Notes: generated by a model not told the origin, from the sequence alone. DNA of 64,000 nucleotides from Pseudomonadota bacterium (GCA_029781795.1 JAKOWB010000072.1:68331-132330); one strand, 5' to 3'; positions 30,835-42,160 are shown, counted from the stretch's first letter. Numbers and translations are program-made.

Positions 30835-31351
30835 CGTCCCAGCCGCTGGTCGCCGCCGCGCGCTCGCCGCGCTGGCGCTGCTGCCGCTGCTGGCGGCCGG
30901 CTGCGGATTCCGGCCGCTCTATGGCCAGAACGCCGCCGGCAGCTCGGTCGCCGACCAGCTGGCGGCGGTGCGGATCCAGCCGCTGAAGGAGCGCAACGGC
31001 CAGATCCTGCACAACCTGCTGCGCGACCGGCTGAACCCCTATGGCCAGCCGGCCGAACCGCGTTACAACCTCTCGATCTCGGTCTCTCAGGTCTCGGAAG
31101 AGACCGGCATCCGCCGTGACGAGACCGCGTCGCGCGCGGTGCTGACGCTCTATGCCTCCTATTCCCTGGTCGACGCCCAGGGCCAGGTGCTGACCCAGGG
31201 CCTGGCCCGCAGCTCCAGCGCCTACAACATCCTCGACACCAGCTACGCCTCGTCGGTGTCGCGGCAGGATGCGCAGGAGCGTGCGCTGACCGAGCTGGCC
31301 GAGGACCTGAAGCTGCGCCTCGCCTCCTTCTTCTCCGCCCACGCGACCTGA
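30821..31351 (+). CDS. lptE: LPS-assembly lipoprotein LptE
   Basis: Lipobox LLAAGC. Conserved leuS-lptE-holA synteny. Overlaps leuS by 14 nt. Confidence 0.75.
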
Positions 31352-31361
31352 CCGCCGTCCG

Positions 31362-32387
31362 ATGAAGGTGGCCGCGCGCGAGGCCGACCGCTTCTGCCAG
31401 GCGCCGCCGGCGGCGATCCGCGCCGTGCTGCTCTACGGTCCCGACGGCGGACTGGTGCGCGAACGGGCCGCCCGCCTGGCCGCCAGCGTGGCGCCGCCCG
31501 ACGATCCCTTCCGCATTGCCGAGCTGACCGCGGCGGACCTGAAGGATGATCCGGCGCGACTGAACGACGAGGCCGCGGCCATCGCCTTCGGCGGCGGGCG
31601 GCGGGTCATCCGCATCCGCGACGCCGGCGACACCCAGGCCAAGCTGTTCGAGGGCTTCCTGGCCGACCCGCCGGGCGACGCGCTGATCGTCGTGGAGGCC
31701 GGCGACCTGGGCCCGCGCGGCCTGCGCAAGGCCTTCGAGGGGGCCGAGGCCGGCGCCGCCGTCGCCTGCTACCGCGACGAGGGCGACAGCCTGCGCCAGC
31801 TGGTGCAGCAGCACCTCGCCGGCGCCAACCTGACGGCCGAGCCGGCCGCCCTCGCCTATCTCGTCGCCAACCTGGGCGGCGATCGGCAGCTGACCCGGCG
31901 TGAGCTCGACAAGCTGGTGCTCTATGTGGGGCCGAAGGGCGGCGGGCGCGTCACCCTGGCGGACGCCGCCGCCATGGTCGGCGACAGCGCCGAGCGCACG
32001 CTGGACGACCTGGCCAGCGCGGTGGCCGGCGGCGACGTGGCCGCGCTGCTGCGCGACCTTGGCCGCGCCACGGCCGAGGGCGTCTCGCCCATCTCCATCC
32101 TGCGTGCCGTCGCCCGCCACATGCAGCGACTGCACCTGCTGCGCGGCGTCATGGCCCAGGGCGTGGCGGCGGCCGATGCGGTCAAGCGCCTGCGCCCGCC
32201 GGTCTTCTGGAAGGAGGCCGCGCCGCTGGCCCGCCAGGCCGAGGCCTGGCAGAGCGACCGCCTGGCCTGGGCCCTGGCCCGCCTGCTGGAGGCCGAGGCC
32301 GCCTGCAAGCGCACCGGCGCGCCGCAGGCCCTGCTCACCGAGCGCGCGCTCAGCGAGATCGCCGCGCGGGCCAAGCGCCGGCGCTAG
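31362..32387 (+). CDS. holA: DNA polymerase III subunit delta
   Basis: N-terminus reads LLYGPDGGLVRERA, and synteny supports it. 341 aa. Confidence 0.85.
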   Translation: MKVAAREADRFCQAPPAAIRAVLLYGPDGGLVRERAARLAASVAPPDDPFRIAELTAADLKDDPARLNDEAAAIAFGGGRRVIRIRDAGDTQAKLFEGFLADPPGDALIVVEAGDLGPRGLRKAFEGAEAGAAVACYRDEGDSLRQLVQQHLAGANLTAEPAALAYLVANLGGDRQLTRRELDKLVLYVGPKGGGRVTLADAAAMVGDSAERTLDDLASAVAGGDVAALLRDLGRATAEGVSPISILRAVARHMQRLHLLRGVMAQGVAAADAVKRLRPPVFWKEAAPLARQAEAWQSDRLAWALARLLEAEAACKRTGAPQALLTERALSEIAARAKRRR

Positions 32388-32430
32388 AAGCGCACAGCGT
32401 GCGCCGGCGCACCAGGTGCGCCTACTTCTC
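32386..32430. terminator. Bidirectional terminator-like twin hairpins between convergent holA and parB
   Basis: GCGCAC-AGC-GTGCGC and GGCGCACC-AGG-TGCGCC, flanked by AGAAG/CTTCT. Confidence 0.5.
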
Positions 32431-33351
32431 CGGCGTGTGGCGCAGGCGCAGGATCAGGTCGTCGAGCTGTTCCAGCGTGCGGTAGTGCAGGCCGACCACG
32501 CCGCCGCCGCCCTGATGGTCGATGGTGACCTTGACGCCCACCGCCAGGGTCAGGTCGCGTTCCAGCGCCTGGGTGTCGGCGTCCTTGCCGGACACCTTGC
32601 GCAGCTTGGGCCGGCCGGGCGCCTTCTTCGCCGCCGCCTGGGCGCGACGTTCCATCTCGCGCACCGACCAGCCGCCGCTGACCGCCTCGCGTGCCAGCTG
32701 CGCCGGGTTCGGCGCCATCAGCAGGGCGCGGCCGTGGCCGGCCGAGAGCTGGCCCTCGGTAATCATCTGCTTCACCGGATGCGGCAGCGCCAGCAGGCGC
32801 TGCATATTGGCGATGTGGCTGCGGCTCTTCCCGACCGCCTTGGCGATCTGTTCCTGGCTGTAGCCGAACTCGCCGGTCAGGCGCTGATAGGCCTCGGCCT
32901 CCTCCAGCGGCGTCAGGTCCTCGCGCTGGACGTTCTCGACGATCGCCAGCTCCAGGGTCTGGCGGTCGTCCAGCTCGCGCACCACGACCGGCAGCTCGGC
33001 CAGCTGCGCACGCTGCGCCGCGCGCCAGCGCCGCTCGCCGGCGACGATCTGGAACTCGCCGCCCCTCTCCGGGTGCGGTCGCACGACCAGGGGTTGCAGC
33101 ACGCCCTGCTCGCGGATCGAGGCCGTCAAAGCCTCAAGCGCCTCGTCGTCGTAATGCCGGCGCGGCTGCTGCAGGTTCGGGTGCAGATGCTCGATCGGCA
33201 CCTGGCGCTGGCCGGCACCACCACTACCCGTTGCAGGTGCCGCGCCCCCGGCCGGCGGCAGCGCCGGCTCTTCGCCGAACAGCGCGGCAAGGCCCCGCCC
33301 CAGTCCGCGCGCCTTGGCCCGCCCCTCGCCGCCCTTCGTCGCCTCGGCCAT
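32422..33351 (-). CDS. parB: Chromosome partitioning protein ParB
   Basis: GLGRGLAALF and HTH motifs. Overlaps parA by 1 nt. Confidence 0.9.
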   Translation of the reverse strand: MAEATKGGEGRAKARGLGRGLAALFGEEPALPPAGGAAPATGSGGAGQRQVPIEHLHPNLQQPRRHYDDEALEALTASIREQGVLQPLVVRPHPERGGEFQIVAGERRWRAAQRAQLAELPVVVRELDDRQTLELAIVENVQREDLTPLEEAEAYQRLTGEFGYSQEQIAKAVGKSRSHIANMQRLLALPHPVKQMITEGQLSAGHGRALLMAPNPAQLAREAVSGGWSVREMERRAQAAAKKAPGRPKLRKVSGKDADTQALERDLTLAVGVKVTIDHQGGGGVVGLHYRTLEQLDDLILRLRHTPEK

Positions 33352-34193
33352 CAGGCTGTCCTCGCCGCTTCCCGGCGCAACAGCTCGCCGGCCAGTTTCA
33401 GGTAGGCCTGCGCGCCGGCGCAGGCGAGGTCATAGAGCAGCACGGGCTTGCCATGCGACGGCGCCTCGGAGACGCGCACGTTGCGCGGGATCAGGGTGTC
33501 ATAGACCAGCGCGCCCATGTGGCTGCGCACGTCGGCCTCCACCATCTCCGCCAGCTTGTTGCGCCGGTCCACCATCGTCAGCACCACGCCCTGGATCGCG
33601 AGTCCGGGGTTGAAGGCACGGCGCACCCGCTCGATCGTGTTGCGCAGGTGGCTGAGCCCCTCCAGCGCATAGAATTCGGCCTGCAGCGGCACCAGCACCG
33701 CGTCGGCGGCCACCAGGGCATTGAGTGTCAGGAACCCGAGCGAGGGCGGGCAGTCGATCAGGACATAATCGAAGTCGCCGCGCACCGGCGTCAGCGCCTC
33801 GGCCAGACGCACCTGGCGCTGCTCGTCCTCCACCAGTTCGACCTCGGCACCGGCGAGATCGACCGTGGCCGGCACCAGGGCCAGGCGCGGCACCGCCGTC
33901 GGCAGGATCAGGCCCTGCAGCGGCGCGGCGTCGAGCAGCGCGGCGTAGATGCTGCGGTTCAGCGCCGGCCGGCTCACTCCCAGTCCGGTGGTCGCGTTGC
34001 CCTGCGGGTCGAGGTCGATCACCAGCACGCGCTTGTCACAGGCGGCCAGCGCGGTCGCCAGGTTGATCGCCGTGGTGGTCTTGCCGACGCCGCCCTTCTG
34101 GTTGGCGATGGCGAGCACGCGTGCCGCCGCCGCGGGCTGGGCGGCAGAGGGCCGGGTCGCCGGGTCGGCCAGGGTCTGATCCATGATCTCCAC
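33351..34193 (-). CDS. parA: Chromosome partitioning ATPase ParA (Soj)
   Basis: Deviant Walker A KGGVGKTT. Confidence 0.9.
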   Translation of the reverse strand: MEIMDQTLADPATRPSAAQPAAAARVLAIANQKGGVGKTTTAINLATALAACDKRVLVIDLDPQGNATTGLGVSRPALNRSIYAALLDAAPLQGLILPTAVPRLALVPATVDLAGAEVELVEDEQRQVRLAEALTPVRGDFDYVLIDCPPSLGFLTLNALVAADAVLVPLQAEFYALEGLSHLRNTIERVRRAFNPGLAIQGVVLTMVDRRNKLAEMVEADVRSHMGALVYDTLIPRNVRVSEAPSHGKPVLLYDLACAGAQAYLKLAGELLRREAARTA

Positions 34194-34253
34194 GTCCTCT
34201 CGGGCAGGCGAAGTGTCTGCCGCGCTCGTGCCCCGCCCCTGTCCAGGCGCCGC

Positions 34254-34892
34254 TTAAGTCCCTGACCGGGCAGCCAGGTCGGCGATCCGCAGGATGCTAC
34301 CCTCCGGATCGGTCCGGCTGGGGAAGCGCTCGACGGCCATGCTCCACCGCCGGGCTGCCTGGGTCAACTCCTCCGCCGCGCCCCGGCCCTTGAGAAACAA
34401 GGCACTACCGCCGGGCGCCAGGTGCCGTGCGGCATAGTCGAGAAGCCGCTCCAGTGGGGCAAGGGCACGGGCCGTTACGCAATCCGCGCAAAGCGGGGAT
34501 AACTCCTCGATCCGCCCCAGGTGCACTTCCGCTCCGGCCGCCGTTTCACGTGAAACCTCGCGCAGGAACTGGCCTTTGCGCCGGTCGCTCTCGACGAGAT
34601 GGATCTCGCCGGCGCCGAGGATTGCCAGGACCAGGCCCGGGAAGCCGGCACCGCTGCCGAGGTCGGCGAGGCGCCGTGGCCGGCCGGCCGGCGCCGGTGG
34701 CAACAGCGGCAAGAGCTGGGCCGAGTCCAGAAAGTGCCGACGCCAGAGGTCGGGCAGGCTGTCCGCGCTGACCAGATTGATCGCCCGGGTCCACTTGGTC
34801 AGCAGCCGGGCGTAGATTTCCAGCCGTTCCAGCGTTTCACGTGAAACACCGAGGTCAGCCAGCGCCTTATGTGGATCCTCCAGGCGCGCCAC
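34254..34892 (-). CDS. rsmG: 16S rRNA (guanine527-N7)-methyltransferase RsmG (GidB)
   Basis: LADLGSGAGFPGLVLAI SAM motif and two VSRET motifs. Confidence 0.9.
   Translation of the reverse strand: MARLEDPHKALADLGVSRETLERLEIYARLLTKWTRAINLVSADSLPDLWRRHFLDSAQLLPLLPPAPAGRPRRLADLGSGAGFPGLVLAILGAGEIHLVESDRRKGQFLREVSRETAAGAEVHLGRIEELSPLCADCVTARALAPLERLLDYAARHLAPGGSALFLKGRGAAEELTQAARRWSMAVERFPSRTDPEGSILRIADLAARSGT
34542..34557. promoter_or_regulatory. parS site (cGTTTCACGTGAAACc) embedded in the rsmG coding sequence
   Basis: 14/16 match to the TGTTTCACGTGAAACA palindrome. It encodes VSRET using codons (GTT TCA CGT GAA) that are rare in this genome. Confidence 0.65.
34834..34849. promoter_or_regulatory. 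parS site (cGTTTCACGTGAAACa) embedded near the 5' end of rsmG
   Basis: 15/16 match to consensus parS. It encodes the second VSRET motif with the same rare codons. Confidence 0.65.
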
Positions 34893-34897
34893 GGGCC

Positions 34898-36799
34898 TCA
34901 GGCCGCCCGCTCGGCCCGCCGCGCATGGCGCAGCAGCAGGGTCAGCGCAGCCGGCGTCATGCCCGGCAGCCGGGCGGCGGCGCCCAGGGTCGCCGGGCGG
35001 GCCTTTGCGAGCAGCTGACGGATCTCGGCCGAGAGCCCAGCGATCCTTTCAAGCGGCAGGTCGGCGGGCAGTTCCAGGGCCTCGTCGCGGCGGAAGGCGG
35101 CGATGTCGGCCTCCTGCCGCTCCAGATAGCCGGCATAGGCGGCGTCGATAGAGAGCTGCTCCCGAACCGCTGGCGACAAGCCGCCCAGCGCCGGCCAGAG
35201 CCCCAGCAGGCCGGCCCAGCCAACCGCCGGCAGGGCCAGCAGCTCTTGCGCCGTGCGGCGGCGGCCGTCCTGGTTCACGGTGAAGCCGGCGCGCGCCAGC
35301 TCGCGCGGCGTCGCCTCAAGCGCGGCCAGCGCGGCACGGCCCTCGGCCAACGCGCCGCGCCGCGCCGCCCACCACGCCCCCCGTTCCGCCCCGACGCAGC
35401 CCAGCGCCAGGCCACGGTCGGTCAGGCGCTGGTCGGCATTGTCGGCGCGCAGGCGCAGGCGGTACTCGGCGCGGCTGGTGAAGAGGCGATAGGGCTCGGT
35501 CACGCCGCGCGTCGTCAGGTCGTCGATCATGACGCCGAGATAGGACTCGGTGCGGTCGAAGACCGCCGCTTCCGCCCGGCCGCCGGCCAGCAGCGCGGCG
35601 TTCAGTCCGGCCACCAGCCCCTGCCCCGCCGCCTCCTCGTAGCCGGTGGTGCCGTTGATCTGTCCGGCCAGGAACAGGCCCGGCAGGCGCCGCGCCTGCA
35701 GCGCCGCCGTCAGCTCGCGCGGATCCACGTGGTCGTACTCGATGGCATAGCCGGGGCGCAGCATGATGGCCCGCTCCAGGCCCGGGATGCGCGCCAGCAG
35801 CGCCGCCTGCACCTCGGCCGGCAGCGAGGTCGAGATGCCGTTGGGATAGACCGTGGGGTCGTCCAGGCCCTCGGGTTCCAGGAAGATCTGATGCCGCTCC
35901 TTGTCGGCGAAACGCACCACCTTGTCCTCGATCGAGGGACAGTAGCGCGGCCCGACGCTCTCGATCTGCCCGCTGTAGAGCGGTGCGCGGTGCAGGTTGG
36001 CGCGGATCAGCGCGTGCGCCGCCGGCCCGGTGTGGGTGATGTGGCAGGCCACCTGCGGGTTGGCGATCGCCCCGGTCAGGCTGGAGAAGGGCTCCGGCGG
36101 ATCGTCCCCGGCCTGGACCTCCAGGCCGGCCCAGTCGATAGTCCGCCCATCCAGCCGTGGTGGCGTACCGGTCTTGAGGCGCCCCAGGCTGAAGCCCAGC
36201 CGGGCCAGCGCCGGCGAGAGGCCGCGCGACGGCGGCTCCCCCACGCGGCCGGCCGGCGTGCGCTGCTCGCCGATGTGGATCAGGCCATTGAGGAAGGTGC
36301 CGGTGGTCAGCACCACGGCCCCGGCCCGCAGGGCGTCGCCGGTTCCGGTGACCAGGCCGGCCAGGCGGCCATCCGGCCCCAGCAGCAGGTCCTCCGCCGC
36401 GCCCTCCAGGATCGTCAGGTTCTGCTGCGCGCGCAGCGCCGCCTGCATGGCCAGGCGATAGAGCCTGCGGTCGGCCTGGGCGCGCGGGCCGCGCACCGCC
36501 GGGCCCTTGCTGCGATTCAGCAGCTTGAAGTGGATGCCGGCGGCGTCGGCCACCCGGCCCATGACGCCGTCCAGGGCGTCGATCTCGCGCACCAGATGCC
36601 CCTTGCCCAGGCCGCCGATCGCCGGATTGCAGGACATGACGCCGATGGTATCGGCCCGGTGGGTCAGCAGCGCCGTGCGGGCGCCAAGCCGCGCCGCCGC
36701 GGCCGCCGCTTCGCAGCCGGCATGGCCACCGCCCACCACGATCACGTCCCAGCGGTCACGCATGGCGCTTCTATAGGGCAGCAGAGGCCGAAGGGTCAA
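34898..36799 (-). CDS. mnmG: tRNA uridine-5-carboxymethylaminomethyl synthesis enzyme MnmG (GidA)
   Basis: FAD motif [15 protein letters not shown]. 633 aa. Confidence 0.95.
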   Translation of the reverse strand: MTLRPLLPYRSAMRDRWDVIVVGGGHAGCEAAAAAARLGARTALLTHRADTIGVMSCNPAIGGLGKGHLVREIDALDGVMGRVADAAGIHFKLLNRSKGPAVRGPRAQADRRLYRLAMQAALRAQQNLTILEGAAEDLLLGPDGRLAGLVTGTGDALRAGAVVLTTGTFLNGLIHIGEQRTPAGRVGEPPSRGLSPALARLGFSLGRLKTGTPPRLDGRTIDWAGLEVQAGDDPPEPFSSLTGAIANPQVACHITHTGPAAHALIRANLHRAPLYSGQIESVGPRYCPSIEDKVVRFADKERHQIFLEPEGLDDPTVYPNGISTSLPAEVQAALLARIPGLERAIMLRPGYAIEYDHVDPRELTAALQARRLPGLFLAGQINGTTGYEEAAGQGLVAGLNAALLAGGRAEAAVFDRTESYLGVMIDDLTTRGVTEPYRLFTSRAEYRLRLRADNADQRLTDRGLALGCVGAERGAWWAARRGALAEGRAALAALEATPRELARAGFTVNQDGRRRTAQELLALPAVGWAGLLGLWPALGGLSPAVREQLSIDAAYAGYLERQEADIAAFRRDEALELPADLPLERIAGLSAEIRQLLAKARPATLGAAARLPGMTPAALTLLLRHARRAERAA

Positions 36800-36867
36800 A
36801 GGGGCAGGCTCGCGCGCTCCACCCAGCGTCGCCCGGCCGCCATCGGCCTCGGGGGCACAAGCAGCCG

Positions 36868-36883
36868 CGTTTCACGTGAAACA
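36868..36883. promoter_or_regulatory. parS site (cGTTTCACGTGAAACa) in the mnmE/mnmG intergenic region
   Basis: 15/16 match to consensus parS. Perfect 14-bp palindrome. Confidence 0.7.
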
Positions 36884-36912
36884 GGGCTCAAGTCCATGAT
36901 TCCAAGCCCACT

Positions 36913-38253
36913 TCACTTCCCGATGCAGAAATCGCGAAAAATCAGGTCGAGCAGCTCTTCGACATCCACCCGACCGGCCACCCGGCCAAGGCCGCGCAAC
37001 GCCAGCCGCAGGTCCTCGGCGATCAGCTCGGCGGCCGCCCCCGCCTGAGCCCGCCGCAGCGCCGCCAGGGTCTCGGTCAACGCGGCCCGCTGCCGGGCCC
37101 GGGTGACCAGCGGCGCGGGGCCGGCGCCACTCCAGACCAGGCTGCGCAGCCGTTCGGCCAGGAGCGCCTCGAGTGCCGCGAGCCCGGCGCCGCTCTTTGC
37201 CGAGACCGAGTGGTCCACCGGAAGGTCGTTGCCACGCGGCAGGTCGACCTTGGTGCCTATTCTTAGGCAGACCGTTCCGTCTCTGATTATGTCTTGTGGT
37301 TCTACCTGATCGACACACGATAGATCGACGAGATTCAAGATGAGGTCGGCCTGCGCCGCCTGACCGTGGCTGCGGCGAATGCCTTCCTGCTCCACCGGAT
37401 CCGTGGCACCCGCGCGCAGCCCCGCCGTGTCAACCAGCGTGACCGGCAGTCCGCCGAGATCGAGGTGCAGCTCCAGCACGTCGCGCGTCGTACCGGGCGT
37501 CGGCGCGACGATCGCCGCCTCGCGTCCGGCCAAGGCGTTCAGCAGCGTCGACTTGCCGGCGTTCGGCGGTCCCAACAGGACCACGCGCAGACCCTGGCGC
37601 AGCCGCTCGCCGCGCGGCGCCGCGCTGAGCGCATCGGCGATCTCGCCGGCCACCGGCTCCAGCGTCGCCTGGCTCTCGGCCACGAGTCCCAGCGGCAGCT
37701 CCTCGTCGGGGAAGTCGATCGCCGCCTCGATCCGCGCCAGGGCGCGCGCCAGGCGGGCGCGCCAGTCCTCCAGCCGCCGTGCCAGCGCGCCGCCCGACAC
37801 GGCCAGCGCCTGGCGCCGCTGCAGCGCCGTCTCGGCGGCGATGAGGTCGGCCAGGCCTTCGACCGCCGTCAGGTCCAGGCGCCCGTTGTCGAAGGCCCGG
37901 CGGGTGAACTCCCCGGGCTCGGCGGGCCTGAGGCCCGGCTGCCGCGCCAGCGCCTGCAGCACGGCCTCGACCACGCTGGGCGCACCGTGCAGCTGCAGCT
38001 CGGCCATGTCCTCGCCGGTCTCGGTGCCGGGCCCCGGCAGCCAGAGCAGCAGCGCAGCGTCGAGCAGCTCGCCGCTCGCCGGGTCGCTGACCCTGCGCAG
38101 CGAGGCACGCCGCGGCTCCGGCAGGCGCCCGCCGGCCAGCGCCGCCAGCGCGGCGCCGGCGCGCGGTCCGGCGAGGCGCACCACGGCGACGGCGGCGCGC
38201 CCCGGCGCGCTGGAAAGCGCGAAGATGGTGTCGGCCGCCTGGTCCACGGCCAC
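36913..38253 (-). CDS. mnmE: tRNA modification GTPase MnmE (TrmE)
   Basis: N-terminus [19 protein letters not shown]-domain motifs [16 protein letters not shown] and a C-terminal CIGK. Confidence 0.9.
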   Translation of the reverse strand: MAVDQAADTIFALSSAPGRAAVAVVRLAGPRAGAALAALAGGRLPEPRRASLRRVSDPASGELLDAALLLWLPGPGTETGEDMAELQLHGAPSVVEAVLQALARQPGLRPAEPGEFTRRAFDNGRLDLTAVEGLADLIAAETALQRRQALAVSGGALARRLEDWRARLARALARIEAAIDFPDEELPLGLVAESQATLEPVAGEIADALSAAPRGERLRQGLRVVLLGPPNAGKSTLLNALAGREAAIVAPTPGTTRDVLELHLDLGGLPVTLVDTAGLRAGATDPVEQEGIRRSHGQAAQADLILNLVDLSCVDQVEPQDIIRDGTVCLRIGTKVDLPRGNDLPVDHSVSAKSGAGLAALEALLAERLRSLVWSGAGPAPLVTRARQRAALTETLAALRRAQAGAAAELIAEDLRLALRGLGRVAGRVDVEELLDLIFRDFCIGK

Positions 38254-38264
38254 GGCGCCCGCGC

Positions 38265-38825
38265 CTAGGGCCAGGCGCGCACGTGGTGCGCCACCGGCGG
38301 CCGGTTGCGCGGCCGCTGCGGCTGCGTCGGCGTGCCGACGTGCAGGAAGCCGACGATGGCATCGTCGGGGCCGAGGCCGAAGGCCTCCTTCACCCCGGCG
38401 TCATAGGCCCGCCCGCCGGTCACCAGCACCGCGCCATAGCCCAGCGCGTGAAAGGCGGTCAGCAGGTTCTGCGTGGCGCAGCCGGCGGCGATCACCTGTT
38501 CCACCACCGGCACCTTGGGATGGCCCGGATTGACCTTGGCGGCGCAGACGATCAGCAGCGGCGAACGCAGCGCCTTGCCGCGCGCGCTCTCGGCCTCCTT
38601 GTCGTCGCCGCCGGCGCGGCGCGCGGAGGCGGCAAAGACATCGCCCAGCCGCTCCAGCCCCTCGCCCTCGACGGTGAAGAAGCGCCAGGGGCGGATCGCC
38701 CCGTGGTCGGGCGCGGTCAGCGCCGCGGCGAAGGCCTTCTCGCGTTCCTCCGCGCCCGGTGCCGGCAGGCCCAGGTCCTTGGCCGACACGGACTGCCGCG
38801 TCAGCAGGGCATCGAATACCTCCAC
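38265..38825 (-). CDS. Nitroreductase family protein
   Basis: 186 aa with a nitroreductase-like fold signature (RQSV...PLLIV...). The GTG start abuts the upstream stop. Confidence 0.7.
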   Translation of the reverse strand: MEVFDALLTRQSVSAKDLGLPAPGAEEREKAFAAALTAPDHGAIRPWRFFTVEGEGLERLGDVFAASARRAGGDDKEAESARGKALRSPLLIVCAAKVNPGHPKVPVVEQVIAAGCATQNLLTAFHALGYGAVLVTGGRAYDAGVKEAFGLGPDDAIVGFLHVGTPTQPQRPRNRPPVAHHVRAWP

Positions 38826-39077
38826 CTAGTCGCTCCCCTTCTTGCCGCCGCCGCCGGACATGGCGTTCCAGAACATCTTCTGCAGCTGTTCCCAGCCCTG
38901 GATGCCGGCGGGCATCCAGGTCTTCAGCAGGGTTTCCGGGTCCATCGCCTGCAGCGAGGCCAGCGCCCGCTTCTGCACCTCGGCCATCACGGCCTCCTGC
39001 ATCGGCTTCACGTCGGGCAGGCCAAAGAACTGGCGCGCCTCCTCGGGCGTGCAGTCGACGTCCATGGTGATTTTCAT
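38826..39077 (-). CDS. Small conserved hypothetical protein (DUF6489-like, 83 aa), translationally coupled to the nitroreductase
   Basis: Its TAG stop is immediately followed by the GTG start of the downstream gene. The C-terminus is Gly/Lys-rich. Confidence 0.5.
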   Translation of the reverse strand: MKITMDVDCTPEEARQFFGLPDVKPMQEAVMAEVQKRALASLQAMDPETLLKTWMPAGIQGWEQLQKMFWNAMSGGGGKKGSD

Positions 39078-39152
39078 GGGGCCGCATCCTTGCTGGCGGT
39101 GGATCGGGGCCCACTATACAAGGGAAGCCCGCCCGCAACAGACAAGCCCGCC

Positions 39153-41228
39153 ATGAACCGACTCGGCAGCGAGACCAGCCCCTATCTGCTGCAGCACCGG
39201 GACAACCCGGTCCACTGGTGGGCCTGGGGGCCGGACGCCTTGGCCGCCGCCAAGGCCGAGGGCAAGCCCATCCTGCTGTCGATCGGCTATGCCGCCTGCC
39301 ACTGGTGCCATGTCATGGCGCACGAGTCCTTCGAGGACCCGGCGACCGCGGCGGTGATGAACCGCCTCTACGTCAACATCAAGGTCGATCGCGAGGAGCG
39401 GCCGGACCTCGACGCCATCTACCAGCACGCCCTGGCCCTGCTGGGCGAGCAGGGCGGCTGGCCGCTGACCATGTTCCTGACGCCCGACGGCGAGCCCTTC
39501 TGGGGCGGTACCTACTTCCCGCCGGTCGCGCGCTACAACCGCCCCGGCTTCCGCGACGTGCTGGAGGGCCTCGGCACCATCTGGCACCAGAACCCGGAGA
39601 AGGTGCAGAAGAACGTCGCCGCGCTGCAGGGCGGCCTCAGCGAATGGGCGCGCTCGCTGCCGGGCGGCGCCGTCACCCCCGCCATCCTCGACCAGGTGGC
39701 CGACCGCCTGCTGCAGGAGGTCGACCCCGTGGAGGGTGGCATCGGCGGCGCGCCTAAGTTCCCCAACGCGCCGCTGCTGGCCCTCTTCTGGCGCGCCTGG
39801 TGGCGTACCAGCCGCGAGGACTATCGCCAGGCGGTGACCCATACGCTCAGGCAGATGAGCAACGGCGGCATCTACGACCACCTGGCCGGCGGCTACGCGC
39901 GCTACACGGTCGACGCCATCTGGCTGGTGCCGCACTTCGAGAAGATGCTCTATGACAATGGCCAGATCCTGGCGCTGCTGACGGCGGCCTGGTGCGCCGA
40001 CCGCGACCCGCTGTTCGAGCTGCGCATGCGCGAGACGGTCGACTGGCTGCTGGCGGAGATGCGCGCCGCCGAGTCAGCGCCGGGGATCACGGCAAAGGGC
40101 GCACCCCGTGCGCCATACGTGCCGGCTTTCGCCGCCTCCTACGACGCCGACAGCGAGGGGCACGAGGGCAAGTTCTACGTCTGGACGCCCGAGGAGATCG
40201 CCCGCCTGCTGCCGCCGGCCGAGGCGGCGCTGGTCAGCCAGGCCTATGGCGTGACCGAGGAGGGCAACTTCGAGGGCGCGACGATCCTCAACCGCCGCGA
40301 CGACCCGCCCGACCTCGCCGGCCGGGCCGGGCGCGAGCGCGAGGCCCGCCTGGCCGCCGCGCTGCGCGTCCTGCGCGCGGCCCGCGCCCAGCGCATCTGG
40401 CCCGGCTGGGACGACAAGGTGCTGGCCGACTGGAACGGCATGACCATCGCCGCCCTGGCCGAGGCCGGCGTCGCGCTGGGCGAGCCGGCCTGGGTCCAGG
40501 CCGCGGCCCAGGCCCTCGCCTTCTGCCGCGCGCGCATGCTGCGAGGCGGACGGCTCTATCACTCCTGGCGCCACGGCGTGCTGAAGCACCAGGCGACACT
40601 GGACGACCACGCGCAGCTCGCGCGCGCGGCGCTGGCCCTGCACGAGGCGACGGGCGCCGAGGAGTGGCTGGCCTTCGCCGGGCAGCTCGCCGCGCTGGTC
40701 GAGGCGCACCACGCCGATCCCGCGGGCGGCTACTTCCTCACCGCCGACGATGCCGAGAGCCTGGTGGTGCGGCAGAAGGCGGCGCACGACGCCGCCGTGC
40801 CCTCGGGCAACGGCGCCATGGTCGAGGTGCTGGCGCGCCTGCACTACCTGACCGGCGCGCCGGACTATCGCCTCAGGGCCGAGCGCGCGGTCACCGCCTT
40901 CACCGGCGAGCTCGGCCGCAACTTCTTCCCGCTGGCCACGCTGCTGAACGGCGCCGAGCTGCTGGAGCGCGCGGTGCAGGTCGCCGTCATCGGCCGGCGC
41001 GGCGAGGCGGCGACCGACGCCCTGGTCGTCGCGGCCTTCCAGAGCGGCAATCCCTGGCGCGTGCTGCAAGTCGTGTCGCCCGACGCCGCGCTGCCGCTGG
41101 CGCATCCGGCGCAGGGCAAGACGCAGCAGGACGGACAGGCCACGGCCTATGTCTGTCACGGCCCCACCTGCTCGCTGCCGATCACCGACGCCGGCGAGCT
41201 GCGGCGCCTGCTCTCGGCGCGGGGCTAA
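39153..41228 (+). CDS. Thioredoxin-domain protein YyaL (DUF255 plus six-hairpin glycosidase-like domain)
   Basis: ATG at 39153. The CHWCHVM redox motif is typical of the YyaL/SSP411 family. Confidence 0.8.
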   Translation: MNRLGSETSPYLLQHRDNPVHWWAWGPDALAAAKAEGKPILLSIGYAACHWCHVMAHESFEDPATAAVMNRLYVNIKVDREERPDLDAIYQHALALLGEQGGWPLTMFLTPDGEPFWGGTYFPPVARYNRPGFRDVLEGLGTIWHQNPEKVQKNVAALQGGLSEWARSLPGGAVTPAILDQVADRLLQEVDPVEGGIGGAPKFPNAPLLALFWRAWWRTSREDYRQAVTHTLRQMSNGGIYDHLAGGYARYTVDAIWLVPHFEKMLYDNGQILALLTAAWCADRDPLFELRMRETVDWLLAEMRAAESAPGITAKGAPRAPYVPAFAASYDADSEGHEGKFYVWTPEEIARLLPPAEAALVSQAYGVTEEGNFEGATILNRRDDPPDLAGRAGREREARLAAALRVLRAARAQRIWPGWDDKVLADWNGMTIAALAEAGVALGEPAWVQAAAQALAFCRARMLRGGRLYHSWRHGVLKHQATLDDHAQLARAALALHEATGAEEWLAFAGQLAALVEAHHADPAGGYFLTADDAESLVVRQKAAHDAAVPSGNGAMVEVLARLHYLTGAPDYRLRAERAVTAFTGELGRNFFPLATLLNGAELLERAVQVAVIGRRGEAATDALVVAAFQSGNPWRVLQVVSPDAALPLAHPAQGKTQQDGQATAYVCHGPTCSLPITDAGELRRLLSARG

Positions 41229-41232
41229 GGCC

Positions 41233-42138
41233 TCACGCCGGCTCCAGCCGCGCGGGGAAGCCGGGTGCGCGCAGGTCGGTGCCCAGCGCATCCTCCAGCA
41301 GCTTCACCACCTGGGTCGACTGCGCCTCGCGGCCATAGATCGCGGTGGCCTCCTGGAAGATCTGCTCGGTCAGGCCCGCCAGCTTCAGCGGCACGCCGAA
41401 CTGCCGGCCGAACTGCATGGCGAAGCCCAGGTCCTTCAGCGCCAGCGCGTTGGTGAAGGCGACGTCGTAGCTGCCGTTCAGGATCAGCTGCCCCTCGGTC
41501 TCGTGCACGAAGGAATTGCCGCTGGAGGCCTTGATGGCGCGCCAGGCCTGCGCCAGGTCCAGCCCGCCGCGCTTGGCCAGCATCAGCGCCTCGCCGTCGG
41601 CCACCAGGTGGATGAAGGCCAGCATGTTGGTGATGACCTTGATCACCGCGGCGCTGCCCAGCGGGCCCATGTGCAGGATCTCGCCGCCCATGACCTTCAG
41701 CGCCGGCTCGACGCGCTGGAACACCGCCGACTCGCCGCCGACCAGCAGCGTGATCTTGCCGGCCGCCGCGCGGTGTACGCCGCCGGTCACCGGGCACTCC
41801 AGCGTGTCGACGCCGCGGGCCTTCAGCATCTCGGCCAGGCCGCCGATCTCGCCCTGGTCCACCGTGCTCATCTCGACCCAGACAGAGCCGGGCTTGAAGC
41901 CCTCGGCGAGCTGCCCGACGACGGCGCGCGAGGCCTTGGGGTTCGGCAGGCAGGTGAAGACCACGTCGCAGGCGGCGGCGAGGCTCTTCGCATCGGCTGC
42001 CCACCTGGCGCCCGCTGCCAGCAGCGGCTCGGCCGCCGCAGGGTTCAGGTCGGTGACCGTCAGGTCGAAGCCGCCACGCCTGAGCGAGGCCGCGAGATGG
42101 AAGCCCAGGTTGCCCAGGCCGACGAAACCGTAGCGCAT
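41233..42138 (-). CDS. NAD(P)-dependent 3-hydroxyisobutyrate-dehydrogenase-family oxidoreductase
   Basis: ATG at 42138 follows GGAGGAG. N-terminus MRYGFVGLGNLG is a Rossmann motif. Confidence 0.75.
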   Translation of the reverse strand: MRYGFVGLGNLGFHLAASLRRGGFDLTVTDLNPAAAEPLLAAGARWAADAKSLAAACDVVFTCLPNPKASRAVVGQLAEGFKPGSVWVEMSTVDQGEIGGLAEMLKARGVDTLECPVTGGVHRAAAGKITLLVGGESAVFQRVEPALKVMGGEILHMGPLGSAAVIKVITNMLAFIHLVADGEALMLAKRGGLDLAQAWRAIKASSGNSFVHETEGQLILNGSYDVAFTNALALKDLGFAMQFGRQFGVPLKLAGLTEQIFQEATAIYGREAQSTQVVKLLEDALGTDLRAPGFPARLEPA

Positions 42139-42160
42139 CGTTCTCCTCCCCTGTTTCAGT

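Noticed and set aside
38283-41228. 981-aa ORF suggesting a much longer YyaL protein
   Set aside because: The N-terminal 290 codons are antisense to the nitroreductase/DUF6489 genes. A homology-consistent ATG at 39153 with conserved N-terminus [15 protein letters not shown] gives the real start.
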